Of a stretch of DNA of 64,000 nucleotides, positions 9,770-17,142 are shown one piece after another (the first letter of the stretch is position 1; every line of letters begins with the position of its first letter). This stretch comes from a virus. Made by a program: the position numbers and the translations under genes. A model generated the notes under the pieces. That model was not told where the DNA came from and did no database searches. It was given only the letters and a program-made list of their open reading frames with translations. The DNA lies in IMG/VR virus record IMGVR_UViG_3300035152_000011, one strand, 5' to 3'.

Positions 9770-9881
9770 GGTTCCTTCCGTCCCCTCGGGGACCGCGTTC
9801 AGAAGTAAGACGCCTACGGGGGCGTCGGTATTCACAAGATCGCTGCTGGGATCGATTTTTTATTCAAATGATTTCAACAGT

Positions 9882-10355
9882 CTACAGCCCAGTGGGCGCG
9901 CCGTAGACAGCCAAGTGCTTGTTTTTGTAGGCCGCGATGCTGGTCACGTCACGGCCATCAGCGGCCCACCAGGGCAGCTCGAAGTCGAGTGCGCTAGCCT
10001 CGTCGGGAAACTCGACCTCCAGGACGAACAGGCCAGCCAGCTCGCCGAGGTACTCATCCACCTCAAAGGTGTGCAGCTCGGTCTTGATGAAGCGGCGGAG
10101 CTTGCGCACGCGCCGTCCCTCGGTTTGGTGCCAAAGCAGCTCGAAGACCCATCGCGGCACGACCGTGATCCATTCCCGCCTAGCAAGGTTGCCGTCGTCC
10201 TTGACGGTCACCGTGTAGTGGACGTCGCCTTCCTCACGGAGCCGCAACTCACCCGGCTCGGTGAAGACGTAGCCCTGGATGATCGTGACCGGCGTGATCG
10301 ACTGGATCTCAGTCGGCAGGCGCGGCAGGACAAACTTCCGCTCGATCTCCATCAC
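9882..10355 (-). CDS. CYTH-domain (triphosphate tunnel metalloenzyme) protein
   Basis: N-terminal EIERKFVL signature typical of CYTH/CyaB-like domains; about 157 aa. Confidence 0.65.
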   Translation of the reverse strand: MMEIERKFVLPRLPTEIQSITPVTIIQGYVFTEPGELRLREEGDVHYTVTVKDDGNLARREWITVVPRWVFELLWHQTEGRRVRKLRRFIKTELHTFEVDEYLGELAGLFVLEVEFPDEASALDFELPWWAADGRDVTSIAAYKNKHLAVYGAPTGL

Positions 10356-10983
10356 CCTCTTCTAGCACGTCCGGGTCGAGTGGTCGGCAGAGTTGGTAGG
10401 CAAATTCATATTGAGCTACATCCCACGCAGCCTCAAACGCCAAGCGCAGCTCTTCAGTAGGCTCGGTTACGTCTGCTAGCGCGTCATGGAAACGCCATTT
10501 GCAGGCGATGGCCGACACGTCGTCGTAGTCCGCGGCCGCAAGGTCGAGCGCCTGCGCGACAGCCTTCTCCAACATGATGTTCGGCACCGCACCACCACCC
10601 GTAGAATTCGCAGCCCACTTCTGGACGACGGTGCAGCCAAGACGCGCGATCTCACCAGCTGCGTGCCAACCTGGGTCTCTCAACCGGTACGCTGCGTGGT
10701 AGGCATCTTCACCGTAGCTGCGCGCGGCGTGATAGATCCACGCAACAGGATCGCTGCCATCGTAGTCGTCATGCGAGACTGCCCACTCGTGAATCGTGCC
10801 CTCGACGTAGCTCTCGACGAATTGGAGCGTGCACTCAACCTCAGAAGCAGCCGCAGCTTCGCTGGCGTTGAACCCCGACTTCACGGGCGGCGTTACGAAT
10901 CGTGCCAGCTCGACGCAGCACGCGGCTGCCTTCCGGCTGTCGTGCCACGGAATCGCGAACCAACGATTGACGTCATGCTCCAC
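10309..10983 (-). CDS. hypothetical protein
   Basis: Long ORF trimmed to a GTG just after the upstream stop; acidic protein. Confidence 0.35.
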   Translation of the reverse strand: MEHDVNRWFAIPWHDSRKAAACCVELARFVTPPVKSGFNASEAAAASEVECTLQFVESYVEGTIHEWAVSHDDYDGSDPVAWIYHAARSYGEDAYHAAYRLRDPGWHAAGEIARLGCTVVQKWAANSTGGGAVPNIMLEKAVAQALDLAAADYDDVSAIACKWRFHDALADVTEPTEELRLAFEAAWDVAQYEFAYQLCRPLDPDVLEEGDGDRAEVCPAAPAD

Positions 10984-11644
10984 TCTTCGCCACCACTGCC
11001 GCCGCCGCGTCCACGACGATCTGGAAAGCAACCGCGTGAGCGCCGACCCGCCAAGCCGCGGCCGCTGCAAGCCGCTCCTTCGGCGGGATGTTGACAACGT
11101 CGTCGGTGAGGGAAAGCCAGTCCCGAATCCGCCACCGTATTTCGAGGTCGGACACATCGTCTTCGTCGATTGTAACCCAAGCTCGGGCAGAGCCTAAATA
11201 TTCGATGCGGTTCGGGTCGTCGTAGCGCTGGCAACAAAGAACAACGGCTGCGCGCCGTACCAGCTCGTAGTAAGCAAACGACAATCCGACACGCCCTGTC
11301 AGGCTGCGCGGTGCGCCTGTAATTCGCCCCCAGTGCGCTTGAAACCGCCTACGGCCGCTCTTGGTCCAGACGCGCTTTGCGGCCCTTCGGGTCGCTATAG
11401 CGGCCCTGTAGTACCTCTTCGTTGTGGCGGGATCGGGGCTGCTTTGCCTGAGCGGGTCTTGCTCGTCGATACCTTTGTGGTAAAGCAGCTCGGCCAGCTC
11501 CGCCAAGTAGCCAGCAAGGTGGTTGGGATGGTTCCAGCGTTTGAGGGGGTTGCCAGGGTCCGCGCCGAAGATCGCCGCCAGCGTATTGTCCCCCTCAAAC
11601 GCTCCACGCAGCATCTGCTGCTGGTAGGTCGGCGCGTGGAGCAC
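10973..11644 (-). CDS. hypothetical protein
   Basis: 223-aa ORF in the minus-strand operon. Confidence 0.45.
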   Translation of the reverse strand: MLHAPTYQQQMLRGAFEGDNTLAAIFGADPGNPLKRWNHPNHLAGYLAELAELLYHKGIDEQDPLRQSSPDPATTKRYYRAAIATRRAAKRVWTKSGRRRFQAHWGRITGAPRSLTGRVGLSFAYYELVRRAAVVLCCQRYDDPNRIEYLGSARAWVTIDEDDVSDLEIRWRIRDWLSLTDDVVNIPPKERLAAAAAWRVGAHAVAFQIVVDAAAAVVAKSGA

Positions 11645-11646
11645 TG

Positions 11647-11952
11647 CTAGGACTGGCGTTGGCCGATAGTGGACGCGTCGTAACGCGGCTTCTCGGGCTC
11701 CTGTACTGCCTCTTCTTCCGTCTGCTCGACGGGCGTACCGTCCTTGTTGACAGCCCAGAAGCGTGGGCCCTTGTATTCGCCGCGCTCGATCTGCTGCGTG
11801 AACATGTCCAGCGGCCGTGCCCAGAGGTGGTCATGCTCGGCGTCTTTGTAGACGACGAGCTGCATGTGATGGGCCTCGGAGTGCTTGGCGACGCCAAGGA
11901 CTTCCACCTTGTTGCCCTTGAAGTGCTTGTATGGTCCGGGTTTGATGTCCAT
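11647..11952 (-). CDS. DUF1653-like protein
   Basis: PGPYKHFKGNKVEVLGVAKHSEAHHMQLVVYK resembles the DUF1653 signature; trimmed to the internal ATG. Confidence 0.55.
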   Translation of the reverse strand: MDIKPGPYKHFKGNKVEVLGVAKHSEAHHMQLVVYKDAEHDHLWARPLDMFTQQIERGEYKGPRFWAVNKDGTPVEQTEEEAVQEPEKPRYDASTIGQRQS

Positions 11953-11959
11953 TGTCTGC

Positions 11960-12127
11960 TCCTTATGTTCGGCTTCGATGCGCTTCTCGACAGCGCTCTT
12001 TTTCATCCGCTGACAGTGCGTCCCAGCGTTGTTGGATTCTTGCTTTCTCCGCCGAGGGCGTACAGGCGAAGCATTTGTCTCCGAGGATGATCGCCTGACG
12101 CTCGCCACACTTTACGCATTTCTTCAT
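11960..12127 (-). CDS. small Zn-ribbon protein (55 aa)
   Basis: MKKCVKCGERQ...CFAC; ATG overlaps the upstream TGA (ATGA); under 60 aa so absent from the track. Confidence 0.4.
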
Positions 12128-12537
12128 GAAGCGGTTGCTGCGTTGTCGCGCATCTGTTTCATAGCGGGGACGATTGCATCGGGCGACTGACCGGGCGCCA
12201 CGACGCAGATGAAATTCGGAAACTCGTTGATGTCGTCGATCTGACCTGCCGGGGTCGAGACGAGGTGCCGTACCATCTGTTCGGCGCGGCCGTCGGGGTG
12301 CTGGAGAAGCACCATTGCCAGCGCGATGATCGGGAACACGATCACACCGCCTTCATTGTCGGGGTCGTCATAGGCGGCGACCCATCCCGAAAACATCGGG
12401 ATGATGTTCTGGATGATGTACTGACCGGTCAGCACCGTCTGTTGCTGTGGCGGTGCGTCAGCCGACTGTTCAGCGGGCTGCTCGGCCGTATCAGAGGGCT
12501 TCTCTTCAGCGTCTTTGCCTAGATCGAACATGTCCAT
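12124..12537 (-). CDS. hypothetical protein
   Basis: 137-aa acidic N-terminus, hydrophobic core. Confidence 0.45.
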   Translation of the reverse strand: MDMFDLGKDAEEKPSDTAEQPAEQSADAPPQQQTVLTGQYIIQNIIPMFSGWVAAYDDPDNEGGVIVFPIIALAMVLLQHPDGRAEQMVRHLVSTPAGQIDDINEFPNFICVVAPGQSPDAIVPAMKQMRDNAATAS

Positions 12538-12542
12538 GAGGA

Positions 12543-12875
12543 CTATGTATCAGAAAGGTGTGACAATGTGCGGTATTCCACGGGCTGTCCGAGCGCTTCA
12601 GCGTGCTCGATGCCCTTCTGCATGCCTGGAGCGATGCCGCGGTCGGTGTAAACCACCGTCGCTTCTGCGGCCTGCCGCCAGGCAAACCCGGCTTCGATCC
12701 CGTGACGCCGCTCCGCCGGATCGTCATCATCGAGCACGCCTGGCTGGGTGTAGATCGCGTGTGAAGCAAACGGTGCCTCCCCGCGACTAAGACTGTCCCG
12801 AAGGGCGGCTCGCAAGTAGGTGAGGTTCTCTTCGACGTCGCCTGCGTAAGGGCTTTCGATGATCACGCGTCGCAT
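12543..12875 (-). CDS. hypothetical protein
   Basis: 110 aa; VIIESPYAG N-terminus. Confidence 0.45.
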   Translation of the reverse strand: MRRVIIESPYAGDVEENLTYLRAALRDSLSRGEAPFASHAIYTQPGVLDDDDPAERRHGIEAGFAWRQAAEATVVYTDRGIAPGMQKGIEHAEALGQPVEYRTLSHLSDT

Positions 12876-13465
12876 TAGGTCTGGTTCCTCCTATCCCGTT
12901 GTCGTTGTTTCGCGTCCTGAAGTCGTTTGTAGCTGCGCAGGTCACGCTTGTCGTAGACCAGTTTGATCCGCGCCCATCCGTCATGGCCGAGCAGCTCTGC
13001 TGCCTTCGGCGTGAGATCGGCTATACCACGCCAGCGTCCAATAGGGCAGTTTTCGGCCGGACAGAGATCCTTTCCTGGTCGGTCGTAAGCATGCCGCTTC
13101 ACGTACCAGAACTGCTTACCTGTCTCGGGGTGCCTAGACACCGCTCCCCACGGACCCGCGTCGATGACCACAGCCCGCACCGACTTTCCAGTTTCCATGT
13201 TCGTGAGGTGCACGACGGCACCACAATCCAAGTCGCGGTGCGCGATGCCAATGTCGTTCTCGGGATCGACTGGACGTTTGCGGCCGTGCTCGTCTCGCAG
13301 GCACCGTGTCGGACCGCTGCCGTACCGGTCACCCTCGTAGCCGAAGATGGTCGAGATGCCACGGCTCTCGCGTACGAATTTCGGGTCGTGCGGTCCGAGC
13401 TGAACCAGCTCAAGCGCCGCTGCCGGACCGCAGAATGTCGTGAAGAATGCAAGCCAAAATAGCAT
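12875..13465 (-). CDS. secreted RlpA-like double-psi beta-barrel protein (putative cell-wall binding/lytic)
   Basis: Signal peptide MLFWLAFFTTFCGPAAA. DPBB motif IAHRDLDCGAVVHLTNMETGKSVRAVVIDAGPW resembles RlpA/expansin AH..LPFGT.V.VTN..NG.SV.V.INDRGP. Confidence 0.55.
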   Translation of the reverse strand: MLFWLAFFTTFCGPAAALELVQLGPHDPKFVRESRGISTIFGYEGDRYGSGPTRCLRDEHGRKRPVDPENDIGIAHRDLDCGAVVHLTNMETGKSVRAVVIDAGPWGAVSRHPETGKQFWYVKRHAYDRPGKDLCPAENCPIGRWRGIADLTPKAAELLGHDGWARIKLVYDKRDLRSYKRLQDAKQRQRDRRNQT

Positions 13466-13568
13466 GGCGCCCCCTGAGACGGCGTGATCGCAGCCGCGAT
13501 CAAACGCGGAGTAGGTGAGTAGCAATACCGTTCTTTGGGCGCCTTTGTCTAGTCAGTAGTCAGATTGC

Positions 13569-14171
13569 TCACTTACTGGCTGCCCGCTTTGGCGTCTCGC
13601 CGATACGGCTGCTGCAATGCGGACAGTCTGTTATCAGCCCTAGCAGGGATCTAACTTCGTTCTCCAGGGTCCCGATTCGTGCCTCGGCTACTCGGAGCTT
13701 CGCCTGGAGCACACCCACCATCGACGTACTCTGGCCGGGGATGATCTCGTTGAGAACACGCACAAAGACAGTTCGCGAGACGACCGGCGCCGTAGCCGTG
13801 ACTTCACCTTCGATGCGGCGGAACACTTCGTCCCACGTCTGCTGATCGTCGGTGCGGTTGAGCATACGCAGCAACGGAGCGCGCCCGTAGCGTTCCATCT
13901 TGTCGCCGCCAAAGGCGTCGAGCACACGAAGTGTGTCAAGCACCGCTCCGGGATCGAGGTGTAGACGCTCCTTCACCACCTGCCTAAACGACATCTTGGA
14001 AATACGCAAATACAGAGCGTTGCTCGCAAAGCGTTTGCGATCCTTCCAGACAGAGCCGTCTCGGATTTCTTGGAGAAGCTCAGCTTGCGCGCGTTCAGCC
14101 TTCTGCGCGGTCCGCGCGAGCTTCTTCACACGCCGCTCTATCGTCTCCCACATCAGCGTTTTCTTCGACAT
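13569..14171 (-). CDS. hypothetical coiled-coil protein
   Basis: Charged helical N-terminus; start ambiguous; overlaps the 3-prime end of ORF 14095..14697. Confidence 0.4.
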   Translation of the reverse strand: MSKKTLMWETIERRVKKLARTAQKAERAQAELLQEIRDGSVWKDRKRFASNALYLRISKMSFRQVVKERLHLDPGAVLDTLRVLDAFGGDKMERYGRAPLLRMLNRTDDQQTWDEVFRRIEGEVTATAPVVSRTVFVRVLNEIIPGQSTSMVGVLQAKLRVAEARIGTLENEVRSLLGLITDCPHCSSRIGETPKRAASK

Positions 14172-14697
14172 CACGATTCCTCCGTTCCCATTGCTCAATG
14201 ATGAGACGCCGCAATAGGTGAAGCGTCTCTTCGTCTGTATGAATTGCCCGGTCGTGGCACTCCAATACCATCACGCAGTCGGTTAAAAAGTCGGTTACAG
14301 AAGTACGTCTCTGGGGTACGCGCACTGCGGGATTTATTGTCACCACATTCTTTCTTTTTGCGCGGCGTCGCTGCGCTGTCCAATTGATCACCGACGCCCT
14401 GTCAATTATCCGTTCACCGGTTTCCGTCCGTGAGCAGGCAATCTCACCGAGGTCACAAGCTCTTCGTATCGTATCGCAGGAACGCTTGCTCAGTTGTGCT
14501 GCTGCCGATACCGTCAAGGTGGGCGCCTCAAGCGACGTCTTCCAGGACATAAACGACTTACGCTCGATCTTTCGGTGGCCATTGGATTCGCGGGTGACTG
14601 TAAAGACGCCACGGTCGCAGGCCCGATGGATCGCCGCTCTTGACATACCAGCTATGCGTGCGGCCTCTGAGCAGCCTATGTAGTCTGACGGGCTCAA
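14095..14697 (-). CDS. tandem helix-turn-helix DNA-binding protein (Xis/MerR-like)
   Basis: Two HTH-like segments (CSEAARIAGMSRAAIHRACDRGVF; VSAAAQLSKRSCDTIRRACDLGEI). Confidence 0.5.
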   Translation of the reverse strand: MSPSDYIGCSEAARIAGMSRAAIHRACDRGVFTVTRESNGHRKIERKSFMSWKTSLEAPTLTVSAAAQLSKRSCDTIRRACDLGEIACSRTETGERIIDRASVINWTAQRRRAKRKNVVTINPAVRVPQRRTSVTDFLTDCVMVLECHDRAIHTDEETLHLLRRLIIEQWERRNRDVEENADVGDDRAACEEARADRAEG

Positions 14698-15281
14698 ACC
14701 GAACCTCCCATCAACTCACTGTAGTTGAACGCTGATCCGAGCGCGTCGTCGATGGTGATGTACGGCAGCGCCAAGCCAAGAAACGTCTGTGCGTAGATGA
14801 ACGCGTACTTGGGGACTTCCATCTGCCGTTCGACGAACCCGCGGCCGAGGTCGGTGATCCGGTAGAACCCGACGCGCGTTGAGCCGTCGGTACGCTCATC
14901 CGGCTTCGCGACGATGAGCTGCCAGTAACGGAGCTTCGACCAATCCCCGCCGTGCCACGCCGCTTGGACACTCGGCGACATCTTCTGTGCAGCTAGATGC
15001 TTCGGGACGTGCAGCCACTCATCGGGCCAGTTGCGCTGCCAGTAGTAACGGTAGATTTGAATCAGTGCGCACGCCATTGCGCTGGTGATGTGCCGCTTGT
15101 AGACCTTGGCGTACTGACCGCAGCAAGGACACCCTGCTGCCTGACTGGTCGGTGCCGTCCCACGTATGAATTCACGCGCGGTGGACAACGTCGGGAAGCG
15201 CTTGTCGAGCATCGGATCGCGTGTCGGGTCGAGGTCCGTGCCTTCCCAGTTCACACCAAGGTTGGTAATGCGTTGTCTCAT
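14694..15281 (-). CDS. hypothetical protein
   Basis: 195-aa ORF, Trp/Tyr-rich. Confidence 0.45.
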   Translation of the reverse strand: MRQRITNLGVNWEGTDLDPTRDPMLDKRFPTLSTAREFIRGTAPTSQAAGCPCCGQYAKVYKRHITSAMACALIQIYRYYWQRNWPDEWLHVPKHLAAQKMSPSVQAAWHGGDWSKLRYWQLIVAKPDERTDGSTRVGFYRITDLGRGFVERQMEVPKYAFIYAQTFLGLALPYITIDDALGSAFNYSELMGGSV

Positions 15282-15288
15282 AGCGACC

Positions 15289-15738
15289 TCATTTCGGACC
15301 GAGCTTCCTCTGTGGGACCGACACTACGACCTGGGGAGCTGCGCCGTCCGTCACGGTCACGCCTTCGTACGCCGTAACCGCCTTGTGTAGTCGATGACAG
15401 ACCAGGCATCGACGCTGCTGGCCGCCCGACCAGACTTTGCCAATGCCGAAACAGCCTGGGCACCGCTTCAGGAATTCCTTGGCGGCAACCGCAACGCGCT
15501 CATAGCTCGGCCGGAGGAGCTTCAGGACGTTTGGGTCAGACAGCTTAGCCATGCCGCGCGAGTCGTCTTTGTTGAGAAGATAAAGCGCTTTGGCGCTGTC
15601 TTCACAGACGAGGCAGAAGCACGGCTGGTAGTCGCCACTCTGACGTACCTTGCCGATCCCGTGACACGCGGGACAGCGTTCCATCTGCTCATTGAGCGCA
15701 GCAACAAGCTCGTCAGCGATCTCTCGTGTTAACGGCAT
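15289..15738 (-). CDS. duplicated CxxC zinc-finger protein
   Basis: Two repeats of CP.C.GIGKV...C.C.VC. Confidence 0.5.
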   Translation of the reverse strand: MPLTREIADELVAALNEQMERCPACHGIGKVRQSGDYQPCFCLVCEDSAKALYLLNKDDSRGMAKLSDPNVLKLLRPSYERVAVAAKEFLKRCPGCFGIGKVWSGGQQRRCLVCHRLHKAVTAYEGVTVTDGAAPQVVVSVPQRKLGPK

Positions 15739-15832
15739 TTCAATTGAAGGTCTGATTCAAAATCGCTCGTAACAGTTCCCAGGGCGCCGCTACGTGCTTT
15801 CGTCGGCTAATCCTACCAGACGACCATGACGA

Positions 15833-16033
15833 TCACGTCGTCTTTCGGCAAACCAGCTCGCCGAAGAGCGGGATCTCGTCAATCGTCAAGCCGTCGGCTG
15901 GCTTGCACCACACGCAGTCGCCCTCGTGCCGAACCACGATGAGCTGGCGCGGGATCTCCTGCTCGCCCCACTTCATTCCGGTCCAGGCGTTGCTGATCAC
16001 GTTGTCACCGGGCTTCATGTCTTTCAACGTCAT
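15833..16033 (-). CDS. small hypothetical protein
   Basis: 66-aa ORF abutting the downstream gene (ATGA overlap). Confidence 0.35.
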   Translation of the reverse strand: MTLKDMKPGDNVISNAWTGMKWGEQEIPRQLIVVRHEGDCVWCKPADGLTIDEIPLFGELVCRKTT

Positions 16034-16575
16034 GGTCCTACCTTGTCCAGTTCCGAGCTGGCCTCGACGACGAGCTTGCGTGCTTCTGCTACGGCCGCGC
16101 TACGGGTCTTCACGCCAGCAAGCAGCATCGCGGCCTTACTGATCTTGCCCTTGATGACGAATACTACCTGCTCGGCGTCCCCAGCTCGGCGCCGAGCAAT
16201 CTCCCCGTTGACAATCCCCTGCTTCTGCTTCATGAAGCCGAGCGCCTTGCGAGCGCGTTGCCACCAGTCGAAGTTGTCAACCATCTGGTGCGCGTCGTCC
16301 AGCTCGATGCTGTAGCGGCTAGCGATGGCCTCGGCGAAACGGTCAGCGTCGAAGGCGACGGCTGGTCCCAGCTCGCGAGCGAGGTCGCGCACGACCTGTA
16401 GCTCATAGCTCTCAGCTTCTATCTGCGATTGAAGCGCGACGGCCGCGCCCTGGATCTCCTCGTTGAGGCCTCGAAGCTCAGGCGTCTCCAGCGCCTTCAC
16501 CTTGCTGCCGAACGTGTGCGTCCGTTCTAGGTGCCACCAGGGACGGTCTTCGTGCTCCGGCTGTCTGTTCGGCAT
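16030..16575 (-). CDS. hypothetical protein
   Basis: 181-aa ORF; N-terminus overlaps the SLOG gene 3-prime end, true start uncertain. Confidence 0.4.
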   Translation of the reverse strand: MPNRQPEHEDRPWWHLERTHTFGSKVKALETPELRGLNEEIQGAAVALQSQIEAESYELQVVRDLARELGPAVAFDADRFAEAIASRYSIELDDAHQMVDNFDWWQRARKALGFMKQKQGIVNGEIARRRAGDAEQVVFVIKGKISKAAMLLAGVKTRSAAVAEARKLVVEASSELDKVGP

Positions 16576-17044
16576 GCTTCAGCTCTCTCGGGTTGATAAT
16601 TTCTACGTCCCGCCGCACTGTGTTGGCGAATAGGACTGTGTTTGCGGAGCCGCCCGGACTACCGTTCCAGACGGCAAGTAGGAGCGCGCAGTGATTGACC
16701 ACCCAGTGGTTGCGTGCGTCGAGCTTCCACCGGGCGTAGCCCGGGTCGGAGACGTAGACTACCTCATCGGCCTGGCCGAGAAGCTCGTAGTAGTGGCGCT
16801 GCGACTCGAAGGGCCATCGGCTCGCTTGGCCCTGAAAAGGGACTGCCGCGGTGAAAGGGATCTCCAGTTCGATGCACGCCTGCGCAAAGTATTGGTCCGC
16901 GCCGAGCGCCATGCCGGTGATCCCTCGCGTCGCCTTCACCCTGACGAGCACAGCCTTTACCGCAGCGATGATTGGACTGCGGAGGGGCTCGTCATACCCC
17001 CCATCGAGCTTATGCGGCCGGTGGCCGGTTACGCCTACAATCAT
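16478..17044 (-). CDS. SLOG-family YpsA-like (DUF1273) protein
   Basis: VTGHRPHKL, ITGMALGAD, PFQGQASRWP and RNHWVVNHCALLLAVWNGSPGGS follow the YpsA/DUF1273 architecture. Confidence 0.65.
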   Translation of the reverse strand: MIVGVTGHRPHKLDGGYDEPLRSPIIAAVKAVLVRVKATRGITGMALGADQYFAQACIELEIPFTAAVPFQGQASRWPFESQRHYYELLGQADEVVYVSDPGYARWKLDARNHWVVNHCALLLAVWNGSPGGSANTVLFANTVRRDVEIINPRELKHAEQTAGARRPSLVAPRTDAHVRQQGEGAGDA

Positions 17045-17142
17045 GGTTGGACACTAACAGATCGGGGTGACAAGACCGGGGCCAGTTCGGATGGCTGACT
17101 CGAACTAGGAAACGAGTCGGAGGACTGGCCCCGGTCTTGATA

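Noticed and set aside
8384-9808. 474-aa + strand ORF
   Set aside because: Antisense to the better-supported minus-strand gene 8369..9769. Ala/Arg/Gly-rich, low-complexity translation typical of GC-rich antisense frames.
9834-9850. GATCGCTGCTGGGATCG as a ninth operator site
   Set aside because: It is a direct repeat of GATCG, not the inverted GATCG...CGATC arrangement. Kept only as a remark.
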